DNA of 64,000 nucleotides, from the NCBI GenBank assembly GCA_027484605.1, contig JAIXSR010000054.1, positions 13,269 to 77,268 on the forward strand, written 5' to 3'. The notes under the pieces were generated by a model. The model was given only the letters and a program-made list of their open reading frames with translations, was not told the DNA's origin and did no database searches. This DNA is from Hyphomicrobiales bacterium. Lineage in GTDB: Bacteria; Pseudomonadota; Alphaproteobacteria; Rhizobiales; Beijerinckiaceae. Both the position numbers and the translations under genes were made by a program. Every line of letters begins with the position of its first letter. Within the stretch, counting starts at the first letter, position 1. Positions 41,311 to 51,708 of this stretch are shown here, one piece after another.

Positions 41311-41991
41311 ATGAAAATCCTGGTGGTCGAGGATGATGCCGAAGCGGGCCGCTATCTCACCCGCGCCCTCGGGGAATCCGGCCATGTGGCCGATCTCGCC
41401 ATGGATGGCGAGGCGGGGCTCGAAATGGCCATGGCCGGCAGCTACGATGTCCTGATCGTCGACCGGATGCTGCCGAAGCGCGACGGGCTCTCGCTCGTCA
41501 TGGCGTTGCGCGCCGAGAAACGCACCACGCCCGTTCTCATCCTCTCGGCCCTCGGCCAGGTCGATGACCGCGTGCTCGGCCTCAGGGCCGGCGGCGACGA
41601 TTACCTGACCAAGCCCTATGCCTTCACCGAATGCCTCGCCCGGGTGGAAGCCCTCGCGCGCCGCCAGAATCCGCAGAGCGCACAGCTTACCTATCGCGTC
41701 GGCGATCTTGAGCTGGACCGGCTCGCCCATCGCGTCACGCGGGGCGGCGAGGAGATCCTGCTCCAGCCGCGTGAATTCCGGCTGCTTGAATATCTGATGC
41801 GCCATGCCGGGCAGGTCGTCACCCGGACCATGTTGCTCGAGAATGTCTGGGACTACCATTTCGACCCCCAGACCAATGTGATCGACGTCCATATCTCCCG
41901 CCTCCGGGGCAAGATCGATCGCGGGCAGGGTGGCACGCTGCTGCATACTGTCCGGGGCGCGGGCTACATGATCCGCGACAATGCCCGGTAG
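41311..41991 (+). CDS. OmpR-family response regulator
   Basis: MKILVVEDDAEAGRYL...DVLIVDRMLPKRDG...LILSALG...KPY, plus a winged-helix domain (LQPREFRLLEYLMRH...VIDVHISRLRGKI). Confidence 0.9.
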   Translation: MKILVVEDDAEAGRYLTRALGESGHVADLAMDGEAGLEMAMAGSYDVLIVDRMLPKRDGLSLVMALRAEKRTTPVLILSALGQVDDRVLGLRAGGDDYLTKPYAFTECLARVEALARRQNPQSAQLTYRVGDLELDRLAHRVTRGGEEILLQPREFRLLEYLMRHAGQVVTRTMLLENVWDYHFDPQTNVIDVHISRLRGKIDRGQGGTLLHTVRGAGYMIRDNAR

Positions 41992-43432
41992 GTTCGGCGC
42001 ATTCCGGAAGGCACTCGGGCAGGTCGTCCGCACCAGCGCCTTCAAGCTTTCCGCAGCCTATCTGCTGATCTTCATCGTCTTCGCCGTCTTCGTGCTGGGT
42101 TATCTCTCCTGGACGAGCCGCCGGCTGCTCGACGACCAGATCACCGCCACGATCGAGACCGAGATCAACGCGCTGGCCGAGCAATATCGCCAGGGCGGGG
42201 AAAGGCGGCTGATCACCGCCATCGAGCGGCGCAGCCGGCAGAGCGGCAGCTTCATCTATCTGCTGGTCGACCGGCGCGGCGATTCCGTCACCGGCAATGC
42301 CCTGCTGCGCGTACCGGCGCTCGACCAGCGGCCCGGCTGGATCGAGGTGAATTTCGGCGCCCCGGACGAGCCGGCCGAGGTCAACCGCCTCGCCAAGCTG
42401 CGCGTCTTCCTGTTGCCGAGCGGCTTCCGCCTGTTTGTCGGGCGCGATCTCGAGGATCGGGCGCGGCTGCAGGAAGTCATCCGCCGCGCGCGGGGCTGGA
42501 CTTTGGTCCTCGTGCTGCTGCTCGGCGGCTTCGGCGCCTGGTTCGTCACACGCCGGGTCCTCGCGCGCGTCGACGCCATTGCCGCCTCCAGCGCGCGGAT
42601 CATGGATGGCAACCTGACCGAACGCCTGCCGGTCACCAATGTCGATGATGAATTCGACCGCCTCGCCATGCATCTCAACCAGATGCTCGACCGGATCGGC
42701 GAATTGATGGCCGGCCTGCGCGAACTCTCGGACAATGTCGCGCATGATCTGCGCACCCCGCTCACGCGGTTGCGGAACGGCGCCGAAGAGGCCCTGCGCA
42801 AGGCCGGCACGCTCGAGCAGAGCCGCGAGGCGCTGCTGCGGGCCATCGAGGAATCGGACCAGCTCATCCGGATCTTCGACGCCCTGCTGATGATCGCCCG
42901 GGCGGAAACCGGCAATCTCGCCACGAGCCTGCAGGATCTCCGGCTGGATGATGCCCTCTCGGGCCTGGCCGAACTTTATGAGCCTCTGGCTGAGGAGGCC
43001 GGTATGCCGTTGCGGGTCGAGATCGAAAGCGGGCTGACCTTGCGCGCCAACCGGGAATTGCTCGGCCGCGCGGTGGCGAACCTGCTCGACAATGCGCTGA
43101 AATACGGCCAGCCCGCCGAGGGAGGGTCCGGCCCGCCGCCGGAAATTCGGCTGGTGGCCCGCCGGACCGGCGAGGCGGTCGAGATCATGGTGGCTGATCG
43201 CGGCGCCGGCATTCCCGAGGCGGATCGCGAGCGGGTGACCGAGCGCTTCGTCCGGCTGGACCGCAGCCGCGCCAAGCCCGGCTTCGGCCTCGGCCTCTCG
43301 CTCGTCAACGCGATTGCCCGCCTGCATGGCGGCGTGCTGCGGCTGGAGGATAACGCGCCGGGCCTGAAGGCTGTGATCTCGCTGCCGGCCGGGCTTGCAC
43401 CGGCCGCACCGGATGCCCACAATCCGGCCTGA
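41981..43432 (+). CDS. HAMP-domain sensor histidine kinase
   Basis: Overlaps the regulator gene by 11 nt. Two TM segments. H-box SDNVAHDLRTPLTRL; N box LLDNALKY; G boxes ADRGAGI and GFGLGLSLV. Confidence 0.85.
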   Translation: MPGRFGAFRKALGQVVRTSAFKLSAAYLLIFIVFAVFVLGYLSWTSRRLLDDQITATIETEINALAEQYRQGGERRLITAIERRSRQSGSFIYLLVDRRGDSVTGNALLRVPALDQRPGWIEVNFGAPDEPAEVNRLAKLRVFLLPSGFRLFVGRDLEDRARLQEVIRRARGWTLVLVLLLGGFGAWFVTRRVLARVDAIAASSARIMDGNLTERLPVTNVDDEFDRLAMHLNQMLDRIGELMAGLRELSDNVAHDLRTPLTRLRNGAEEALRKAGTLEQSREALLRAIEESDQLIRIFDALLMIARAETGNLATSLQDLRLDDALSGLAELYEPLAEEAGMPLRVEIESGLTLRANRELLGRAVANLLDNALKYGQPAEGGSGPPPEIRLVARRTGEAVEIMVADRGAGIPEADRERVTERFVRLDRSRAKPGFGLGLSLVNAIARLHGGVLRLEDNAPGLKAVISLPAGLAPAAPDAHNPA

Positions 43433-46371
43433 TGAAAAAAGCGGCATCTCCCTCGGCCTCCCTCGCAGCCTCGCTGGTGCAAAGCCCGAAATCCGGCAAG
43501 GCCGGCCGCCAGAAACTGGCGGATCTCATCGCCGAGGAAGGCGGGGCCGCCATCGCTGCCTGCATCGAGGCGCAGCCGCAGGCGGGCCTGCTGCTCGCGG
43601 GCCTGGCCGAAGGCTCGCCCTATCTCTGGCGCCTCGTCCGCCGCTGGCCGGAATGGCTGCCGCCCCTCCTCGATGCGCCTTTTGCGGATAGCCTTGCCGG
43701 CATCCTCGCCGAGACCCGCGCGGCGGGCGAGGAGAGCGAGGCCGCTGCCGCCATGCGCCGGCTGCGCCATGCCAAGGCGCGCGCCGCCCTGCTGATCGCG
43801 ATGGCCGATCTCGGTGGCGTCATCGACACGGTCGGTGTCATCGAGGCCCTGTCCGATTTTGCCGATGCCAGCGTCCAGGCGGCTTTGCGCTTCGGCCTGC
43901 GCGAGGCCATGGCGGCGCAGCGCTTCACCCCCGTTGATCCGGAAGATCCGGAACGCGGATTCGGCCTCTTCGTGCTGGCCCTCGGCAAGCATGGCGCGCG
44001 CGAGCTGAACTATTCCTCGGATATCGACCTCACGATCTTCTACGAGCCAGGGGCGCCGGGCATCGCCTCCGCCACCGATCCGCAGGCTTTGGCCATCCAG
44101 CTGGTCAAGGGCATCGTCCGGCTGCTCAACGAACGGACGGGCGATGGCTATGTCCAGCGGGTCGATCTCCGCCTTCGGCCGGATCCTGGCCTGACGCCGA
44201 TCGCCATGCCCGTCCATGCCGCGCTCGGCTATTACGAGAGCGTCGGCCAGAACTGGGAGCGCGCGGCCAATATCAAGGCGCGGCCGATCGCCGGCGACAT
44301 CGAGGCCGGCCGCGCCTTCCTGAAGGAACTCGAGCCCTTCATCTGGCGGAAATATTTCGACTATGCCGCCATCGCCGACATCCATGCGATGAAACGGCAG
44401 ATCTACGCTGTCCGCGGCCATGACCAGATCACCGTGCCCGGGCATGATCTCAAGGTCGGGCGCGGCGGCATCCGCGAGATCGAGTTCTTCGTCCAGACGC
44501 AGCAGCTGGTCTATGGCGGCCGCCGCCCCTCGCTCCGCGGGGCCCGCACCCTCGACATGCTGGACGAACTCGCCCGCGAGGGTTGGGTAACGCCGGAGGC
44601 GGCGGCCGAACTGGCCACGGCCTATCGCTTCCTGCGCGATCTCGAACACCGCGTGCAGATGGTCAATGACGAGCAGACCCAGAAACTGCCGCGCGACGAC
44701 GAGGATCTCGCCAGCCTGGCCCGCCTTGCCGGCTTCACCCGGGGCGAACTCGACAAGGCGCTGACCCGGCAGATGCGCATCGTCGAGCGCCATTACGCCC
44801 GGCTTTTCGAGGCGGTGCCCGGCCTTGCCTCCGAAGCTGGCAGCCTCGTCTTCACGGGGGTCGAGGATGACCCGGAAACGCTGAACACCCTGCGCCGCCT
44901 CGGATTCCAGCGGCCGGACATGGTGGCGGAGACGGTCCGCGGCTGGCATTTCGGCCGCCGGCCGGCCATCACCACGCCGCGGGCCCGCGAGATCGTGACC
45001 GAACTGGTTCCCGGCCTGCTCGAGGCCTTCGGGAATTCATCCGATCCCGACGGCGCGCTGCTCGCCTTCGACAATGCGCTCCAGCGCATGCCGGCGGTGG
45101 TCGAGCTGTTCTCGATCCTCAAGAACAATGCCGATCTCCGCCGCCTTTTCGCCGAGATCCTCGGCTCTGCGCCGCGCCTGTCCGGCATCGTCGCGCAATC
45201 CCCGCATGTGCTCGATGTCCTCGTCGATCCCGAATTCCTCCACGGGCTGACCATCGAGGCGACGCGGGCCCGCATCGTGCCGCGGCTTGAGCGCGAGACC
45301 GATATGGAGCTCTTCCTCGAACGGGCGCGCGAACTCGCACGCGCCGAGCGTTTCCTGCTCGGCACCCGGGTCTTCTCGCGCGTGCTGCCGCTGGCCGAGG
45401 CGGGCCATGCCCATACCGCCATTGCCGGGATTTTCGTCGAACTGGTGCTGAAGCGCGTCCGGGCGGAATTCGCGAAGATCCATGGCCATATTCCCGGCGC
45501 CGAAATGATCCTCGTCGCTTATGGCAAGGCCGGATCGCGCGAGATGACCGCCAATTCCGACCTCGATCTCGTGGTCATCTACGAGGCCCCGCCGGATGCG
45601 ATCTCGGACGGGGGCCGCTCCTTGATGCCGGCGGAGTATTTCGCCCGGCTGACGCAACGCCTCGTCTCGGCCCTGTCCGTCCAGATGCGGACCGGCACGC
45701 TGTACGAGATCGACCTGCGCCTCCGCCCCTCCGGGCGGAAGGGCACGGTGGCGACCTCGCTTGCCGGCTTCCGCGACTACCAGAAGACCGAGGCCGAGAG
45801 CTGGGAGCATATGGCGCTCTCCCGCGCGCGCCCGCTGGCCGGGGATTCCGGGCTGGGCCGCCGCTGGCGCGAGGAGGCGCAGGCCATCCTTGCCACCCCG
45901 CGCGAGGCGAAGACCGTGCTGGCCGGGGTCGCCGCAATGCGCGGCCTGATGGCGAAGGAAAAGCCCGGCCGGAACCGCTTCGACGTGAAGGACTGGCCCG
46001 GCGGGCTGGTCGATTGCGAATTCATCGCGCAGGCCATGGTGCTGATCCATGCCGCCAGCCATCCCGCCTTGCTCGAGGGCGGCACGCTCGGCGCCTTGGA
46101 AGCTGCCGGCGAGGCGGGCCTGCTGCCGGCCGCCGATGCCGAGACGCTGGTGGCGTCATGGCGGCTGCAATCGGCCCTGACCCAGGCCACCCGCCTCTGC
46201 ATTGCCGGCCCCTTCGACGAGGCGGAGGCGAGCGTCGTGTTCAAGCGGCGGCTCGCGGCCCTGCTCGACCGGCCGGATTTCGCCTATCTCGTGGCCGAAC
46301 TGGTCGACCTGCAGAAGCAGACCCGACAGATCTTCGAACGCCTCATCGGCAAGGTGAAGCCCGGCGGCTGA
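43432..46371 (+). CDS. glnE: Bifunctional glutamine synthetase adenylyltransferase/adenylyl-removing enzyme
   Basis: 979 aa with two nucleotidyltransferase halves (...GKHGARELNYSSDIDLTIFYE... and ...YGKAGSREMTANSDLDLVVIYE...). Confidence 0.95.
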   Translation: MKKAASPSASLAASLVQSPKSGKAGRQKLADLIAEEGGAAIAACIEAQPQAGLLLAGLAEGSPYLWRLVRRWPEWLPPLLDAPFADSLAGILAETRAAGEESEAAAAMRRLRHAKARAALLIAMADLGGVIDTVGVIEALSDFADASVQAALRFGLREAMAAQRFTPVDPEDPERGFGLFVLALGKHGARELNYSSDIDLTIFYEPGAPGIASATDPQALAIQLVKGIVRLLNERTGDGYVQRVDLRLRPDPGLTPIAMPVHAALGYYESVGQNWERAANIKARPIAGDIEAGRAFLKELEPFIWRKYFDYAAIADIHAMKRQIYAVRGHDQITVPGHDLKVGRGGIREIEFFVQTQQLVYGGRRPSLRGARTLDMLDELAREGWVTPEAAAELATAYRFLRDLEHRVQMVNDEQTQKLPRDDEDLASLARLAGFTRGELDKALTRQMRIVERHYARLFEAVPGLASEAGSLVFTGVEDDPETLNTLRRLGFQRPDMVAETVRGWHFGRRPAITTPRAREIVTELVPGLLEAFGNSSDPDGALLAFDNALQRMPAVVELFSILKNNADLRRLFAEILGSAPRLSGIVAQSPHVLDVLVDPEFLHGLTIEATRARIVPRLERETDMELFLERARELARAERFLLGTRVFSRVLPLAEAGHAHTAIAGIFVELVLKRVRAEFAKIHGHIPGAEMILVAYGKAGSREMTANSDLDLVVIYEAPPDAISDGGRSLMPAEYFARLTQRLVSALSVQMRTGTLYEIDLRLRPSGRKGTVATSLAGFRDYQKTEAESWEHMALSRARPLAGDSGLGRRWREEAQAILATPREAKTVLAGVAAMRGLMAKEKPGRNRFDVKDWPGGLVDCEFIAQAMVLIHAASHPALLEGGTLGALEAAGEAGLLPAADAETLVASWRLQSALTQATRLCIAGPFDEAEASVVFKRRLAALLDRPDFAYLVAELVDLQKQTRQIFERLIGKVKPGG

Positions 46372-46399
46372 GGGCCAGGGACCGGGACCCCGACGGCAT

Positions 46400-48712
46400 T
46401 CAGGCCCCGGCGGCGCTCATCGGCAGCGAGAGTTGCACCGGTTCCAGCGAGATCGGCAGATGGATCAGCACGAGCGAGCCGAATTGCGGCGCCGACCGGA
46501 GGCGCATCGTGCCGCCATGCAGTTCCACCAGCGAACGGGCAATCGCCACGCCGAGGCCGGAGCCCTTGCAGCCATCATGCAGCATTCCGTCGATATGGCC
46601 GAACGGATCGCCCATCGTGCCGAGATCGCCGGCCGAGAGCGCGCCGCCGGAATCGGCGACGAACAGGTTGATATAGTCGCCCGCCATCCGCGCCCGGACC
46701 GAGACGCGCCCGCCGACCGGCGAGAGCCGGATGCCGTTGCGCAGCAGATGGGCAAGGGCCTGCGAGATGGCCGTGGCGTCGACCTGGATCAGCCGCTGGC
46801 CGGCCTTGTCGGCGAGTTCGGGCTCGATCTCGATCGTGATGTTCTTCGCCTCGGCCGCATCGCGGACATTCTCGGCGGCCCGGACCAGCAGGGCCCCGAG
46901 CGGGGTGGCCGTCCGGTCCAGCGCCACGCGGCCGGCCTCGATCCGGGCCATGTCGAGAATATCGGAGATCAGCGAGAGCAGGGTGATGCCGCTCAGCCGG
47001 ATATCGCGGGCATATTCGAGATAGCGGTCGGAACCGCAGGGACCGAACACCTCGCCCTCGATCATCTCGGCAAAGCCGATAATGTGGTTCAGCGGCGTGC
47101 GGATCTCGTGGTTCATGTTGGCCAGGAACTCGGCCTTGATCCGATTCGCGCTGATCGCCTCGGCCTTCTGCTCGAGATAGCGGTCCGCCAGTTCGGCGAG
47201 CTGTGCGGCCTGCTTGCGGAAAGCCTCGCGGGAATTGCACAGGTCGGTCACGGTGATCCGCAGCTGGCGCTCGTTCTCCATCAGACGCTCCTCCTGGAGC
47301 TTGCGCGCGGTGATGTCGGTGCCGACGGAGACATAGCCGCCATCCCGGGTATGGCGTTCGCTGATCAGCAGCCAGCGGCCATCCTGGAACTGGGCCTCGT
47401 AGGCGCGGGTGCCGGTCTCGGGCTCGGTGCCGCGATCGATCTCGATCAGGACGCGGGGTTCCGATGCCGCCGCCATCAGGCTCTTGTAGGCGGCGCCGCG
47501 CTGGATCAGCTCCGGCGAGAGATCATGGAAGGACTGGTATTTGGAATTGCACATGACCAGCCGGTTGTTCTCGTCCCAGAGCACGAAGGCCTCGGAGATG
47601 GATTCGATCGCATCCCGCAGCCGCGCATCGGCCCGATGGCTTTCTTCCTCGGCCTGGCGCTCCTGCGTCACATCCATCACGATGCCGAGCAGCCGTGCAG
47701 TCTGGCCCGCCGGCGCGGGATCGATCACCGCCCGCATCCGCAGGGCAACCCAGCCCTGGCTCTCGTGGCGCATGCGGAAGAGATAATCGAATTCGCCATG
47801 GCCAGCCCGGGCGCTGTCCTCGATCCGCAGGAAGAGATCATGGTCCTCCGGATGGAGCCGCGCCTCGATCCCGGCCCGGTCGAGCAGGTCGCGGTTCGAC
47901 AGGCCGAGCATCCGGTACATGGAATTGGAAAGGGTCGGCGTGTCGTCGCCAATCTTCCAGTCCCACAGGCCGCAATGGCCGTGTTCCAGCGCATTCTCGA
48001 ATTGCAGCCGGAGCTGCCGCGCCCGGGCCTGTGCCGTATCGGTATGTTCACGCTGGGCATAGAAGACGAGCGTGAAGGCGATCGTCACCGCGCCGAAGCT
48101 GAACAGGATGCCGCCCAGCACGCCGGCATGGTGGCGCCAGGTGCGCAATTCGTCATCGACCGGCTGCAGGGCCAGCACATAGCCGCCGAACCCCACCGGC
48201 TGGCGCAGGTAGACGCTGGCGAGATCGCCGCTCTGGAGCGGCACGCGGAACGCGCCGCCATGCCGGAGCCGCCCGGCGAAGAGGCCGGCTTCCTGGAACA
48301 GCGCATCGACCGGAAGCGCCATCTCGCCCGGCGCGGCATGGCCGCCGCGGATGATGCCGAGCATGTCGAGCAGCAGGAAACGCCGCCCGGTCTCGTGGAT
48401 CTCCGTCGGCAGGATCGGCAGGGCGAAGGTCGTCTCGCCGGTGTCGCGGCTTTGCCGGGCCATTTCCGCCGTCAGGAAATGGGCAGCCACCGCGAGGGCA
48501 TCCTCGCTCGATCGCAGCTGGGCATTGCGGCTGGATGTGAATTGCAGCGTGATGCTGATTGCGGCGACGGACAGGAAGACAAGGACCAGGATCGGAACGG
48601 CGCGGTCGAGCAGGGTTGGCCCTGGCAGCGCAGTCGAGGTTCCGGCCCTGCCATGGGCCTGCCCCTGTTTTTCGCGCAAACGAATAGCGCTGGCCGCGAA
48701 TGATCGCACCAT
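46400..48712 (-). CDS. PAS-domain sensor histidine kinase (no receiver domain)
   Basis: 770 aa with two TM segments and tandem PAS-like regions. H-box FLANMNHEIRTPLNHIIGF; N box LLRNGIRLS; G boxes ADSGGAL and GSGLGVAIA. Confidence 0.85.
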   Translation of the reverse strand: MVRSFAASAIRLREKQGQAHGRAGTSTALPGPTLLDRAVPILVLVFLSVAAISITLQFTSSRNAQLRSSEDALAVAAHFLTAEMARQSRDTGETTFALPILPTEIHETGRRFLLLDMLGIIRGGHAAPGEMALPVDALFQEAGLFAGRLRHGGAFRVPLQSGDLASVYLRQPVGFGGYVLALQPVDDELRTWRHHAGVLGGILFSFGAVTIAFTLVFYAQREHTDTAQARARQLRLQFENALEHGHCGLWDWKIGDDTPTLSNSMYRMLGLSNRDLLDRAGIEARLHPEDHDLFLRIEDSARAGHGEFDYLFRMRHESQGWVALRMRAVIDPAPAGQTARLLGIVMDVTQERQAEEESHRADARLRDAIESISEAFVLWDENNRLVMCNSKYQSFHDLSPELIQRGAAYKSLMAAASEPRVLIEIDRGTEPETGTRAYEAQFQDGRWLLISERHTRDGGYVSVGTDITARKLQEERLMENERQLRITVTDLCNSREAFRKQAAQLAELADRYLEQKAEAISANRIKAEFLANMNHEIRTPLNHIIGFAEMIEGEVFGPCGSDRYLEYARDIRLSGITLLSLISDILDMARIEAGRVALDRTATPLGALLVRAAENVRDAAEAKNITIEIEPELADKAGQRLIQVDATAISQALAHLLRNGIRLSPVGGRVSVRARMAGDYINLFVADSGGALSAGDLGTMGDPFGHIDGMLHDGCKGSGLGVAIARSLVELHGGTMRLRSAPQFGSLVLIHLPISLEPVQLSLPMSAAGA

Positions 48713-49013
48713 GCTTGCCCCCTCGAAACGTCCCCCAGATGAGCCGGGGAATGTGCCGCATCGCCCCGAATCACCCTTAGTAGAATCGCGGAGAATCGCG
48801 CTGGCAAGCGCCTTTCTAAGAATTTGTTTACCATTTGGGCCGGACAGACCCTGTTTTCCGGAGCAGGGCGACCATAAAGCGCGAATGTTTGCTTTATATT
48901 CGATTTTTGTTCACTTATGTTCTTGTTTATTTGCTTACATCAGACTTGACTGAAGTAAGGATGCCGCCCGCGGAAAGCTGAAATCACCGCGTGTCCGGGC
49001 CTGTTGATGCACC

Positions 49014-51629
49014 TCAGGAGAGCGTCCGCTCGAGGATGTCGCCGAGATCCCGCGAGAGTTTGGCCTTGCCGGCAAGGTTCCGCAGCACGGCCCCCGCCTT
49101 GTCCCGGCGCCCGCCCTCGAGATTGCGCCAGGTGCGGAAGGCCGTGGCCATCCGCGCCGCGATCTGCGGATTGCGTGCATCCAGCGCGTCGATGATCTCG
49201 GCCACCAGCTGATAGCCGCTGCCATCGGCGGCATGGAAGCCCCGCAGGTTGCCATTGGCGAAGGTCGCGATCAGCGCCCGCGCCCGGTTCGGGTTGGCCA
49301 GCGTGAATTTCGGATGGCCGGTCAGTGCCCGGACACGTGCCACCGAGCCCGGCCCCGGCACCCGTGCCTGCAGGCCGAACCACATGTCGAGGATCAGCGC
49401 ATCCTCGCCATAGGTCTTCTCGAAGGCGGCGAGGGCGGTCTCGCGTTCCTGCCCCTCGCAGGGGAGCAGCGCCGTGAGCGCCGCCACGCGGTCCGTCATG
49501 TTGTCGGCCCGCTCGTACTGGTGCAGGGCCATCCGGGCCCCGCCCTCGGGCTCGGCCGCCACGATATAGCGCAGCAGCTGTGCCCGCAGCGCCCGGCGGC
49601 CGGCGCTCGTCCCGTCCGGGCTGAACGGAACCGGCAGCGACAGCGTCTCGTAGGCCCGGGAAGCGGGCTCGCGCACGAGCCGCCCCATGGCGCGGCGGAG
49701 ATGGTCGATCGCCAGCCCGATCGCATCCGGGTCGATGTCGGTGGCGATCTCGCGCGCGAGATCGCCTTCCGTCGGCAGGCCGATGGCAAGCGCCGCAAAG
49801 GCCGGATCCTGCTGGCTGCCGGCAATCAGGCTCGCCACGGCTTCGGCCAGCCGCCCGCTATCGAGCGGGGCCTTGCCCTCGCCGATGGCGCGGACCGAGC
49901 GCCTGAGCAGATCGGTTGCGGCATCCTGCAGGGCCTGCCAGCGATTGAACGGATCGACATCGTGCCGGGCGAGGGTGAGCAGATCGCCGTCCTTGCGCTC
50001 GATCACCACCTTCACCGGCGCCGAGAAGCCGCGGAACAGCGAAGGGATCGGCCTCCGGGCAAGGCCGGTGAAGCTGCGGCTTCCGGTTGCGCCGTCGAGC
50101 ACGAACACATCGTCCGGGGCCAGTTCGGTGCCGTCCTCGCCGATCAGGCCCAGCCGGATCGGGATCACCTGCGGATGCTTGTCCGGCTGTCCCGGTGTCG
50201 GCTGGGTTTCCTGGCGGAAATGCAGCGTGTAGCGGCCGGTCGCGCGGTCATGCTCGCTGGTCACGGTGACGACCGGCGTGCCCGCCTGGTCATACCAGCG
50301 CATGAAGGGCGCGAAATCCCGGCCCGATACATCGGCAAAGCACTGGATGAACTGCTCCACCACCGCGGCCTCGCCGTCATGGCGCTCGAAATAGAGATCC
50401 ATCCCGGCGCGGAAGGTCTCCGGCCCGATCAGGAGCCGGATCATCTGGATCAGCTCCGAGCCCTTGTTATAGACCGTCGCCGTATAGAAGTTGTTGATTT
50501 CCTTGTAGGTCTGCGGCCGGACCGGATGGGCCAGCGGGCCGGCATCCTCGACGAACTGCGCCGCGCGCAGGGTCTGGACATTGGCGATCCGCTCCACCGC
50601 GCGCGAGCGCTGGTCCGAGGAGAATTCCTGGTCCCGGAAGACCGTGAGCCCTTCCTTCAGGCAGAGCTGGAACCAGTCGCGGCAGGTGATCCGGTTGCCG
50701 GTCCAGTTATGGAAATACTCATGGGCAACGATCGCCTCGATATTGTGGTAATCCTGGTCCGTGGCCGTTTCCGGCGAGGCCAGGATGTAGCGGTCGTTGA
50801 AGATGTTGAGGCCCTTGTTCTCCATCGCGCCCATGTTGAAATCGGACACGGCGACGATGTTGAACAGGTCGAGATCATATTCCCGGCCGAAAGCCTGCTC
50901 GTCCCATTGCATCGAGCGGATCAGCGCATCCATCGCATAGGCCGCGCGTTCGGCCTTGCCCTTCTCGACATAGACATTGAGCGTGACCTTGCGGCCCGAC
51001 GGGGTGACATGGCTGGCGGTGAAGGCATCGAGATCGCCCGCGACCAGCGCGAAGAGATAGCAGGGCTTCTTGTGGGGATCGTCCCAGACGGCGTAATGCC
51101 GACTGCTGCCGGCCACATCTCCGGCCTCGACCGGGTTGCCGTTCGAGAGCAGCAGCGGCGCCTCGGCCTTCTCGGCCTCCATCCGCACGCGCCAGGTCGA
51201 CATCACATCCGGCCGGTCGAGGAAATAGGAAATGCGGCGGAAGCCATCCGCCTCGCATTGGGTGCAATAGACGCCGTTCGAGCGGTAGAGCCCCATCAGC
51301 TTGGTATTGGCCGCGGGGTTGATCTCGGTCTCGATCGTCAGGATGAAGCATTCGCCCAGCCCCTCGACCGTCAGGCTTTCCGGCGTGGCGGTATAGGCCT
51401 GCGCCGCGACCGGCGCGCCATCTACCGCGAGGCCGGTGAGGGTCAGCTCGTCTCCGTCGAGGACAAGGCTGGCGTCCGGGCGTCCCGCCGGGTTGCGCCG
51501 CATGGCCAGGCGCGAGACCACCCGGGTCTGGCCGGGCTGGAGCCGGATATCCAGATCGACATGGTCGATCAGGAAATCCGGCACGCGATAATCGGTCAGG
51601 CGGATGATGGGTGGCGTTTCCGTACGCAT
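49014..51629 (-). CDS. pepN: Aminopeptidase N (M1 family)
   Basis: 871 aa. GAMENKGLNIF and the zinc motif VAHEYFHNWTGNRITCRDWFQLCLKEGLTVF (HExxH-18-E). Confidence 0.95.
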   Translation of the reverse strand: MRTETPPIIRLTDYRVPDFLIDHVDLDIRLQPGQTRVVSRLAMRRNPAGRPDASLVLDGDELTLTGLAVDGAPVAAQAYTATPESLTVEGLGECFILTIETEINPAANTKLMGLYRSNGVYCTQCEADGFRRISYFLDRPDVMSTWRVRMEAEKAEAPLLLSNGNPVEAGDVAGSSRHYAVWDDPHKKPCYLFALVAGDLDAFTASHVTPSGRKVTLNVYVEKGKAERAAYAMDALIRSMQWDEQAFGREYDLDLFNIVAVSDFNMGAMENKGLNIFNDRYILASPETATDQDYHNIEAIVAHEYFHNWTGNRITCRDWFQLCLKEGLTVFRDQEFSSDQRSRAVERIANVQTLRAAQFVEDAGPLAHPVRPQTYKEINNFYTATVYNKGSELIQMIRLLIGPETFRAGMDLYFERHDGEAAVVEQFIQCFADVSGRDFAPFMRWYDQAGTPVVTVTSEHDRATGRYTLHFRQETQPTPGQPDKHPQVIPIRLGLIGEDGTELAPDDVFVLDGATGSRSFTGLARRPIPSLFRGFSAPVKVVIERKDGDLLTLARHDVDPFNRWQALQDAATDLLRRSVRAIGEGKAPLDSGRLAEAVASLIAGSQQDPAFAALAIGLPTEGDLAREIATDIDPDAIGLAIDHLRRAMGRLVREPASRAYETLSLPVPFSPDGTSAGRRALRAQLLRYIVAAEPEGGARMALHQYERADNMTDRVAALTALLPCEGQERETALAAFEKTYGEDALILDMWFGLQARVPGPGSVARVRALTGHPKFTLANPNRARALIATFANGNLRGFHAADGSGYQLVAEIIDALDARNPQIAARMATAFRTWRNLEGGRRDKAGAVLRNLAGKAKLSRDLGDILERTLS

Positions 51630-51708
51630 GGGACCCCCGGCACTTCTGCATAAAAAATCAACCCGCAGGCTCGGAAAACCGGCAGGCTGACGCGAAGGCA
51701 GGCTAGGC

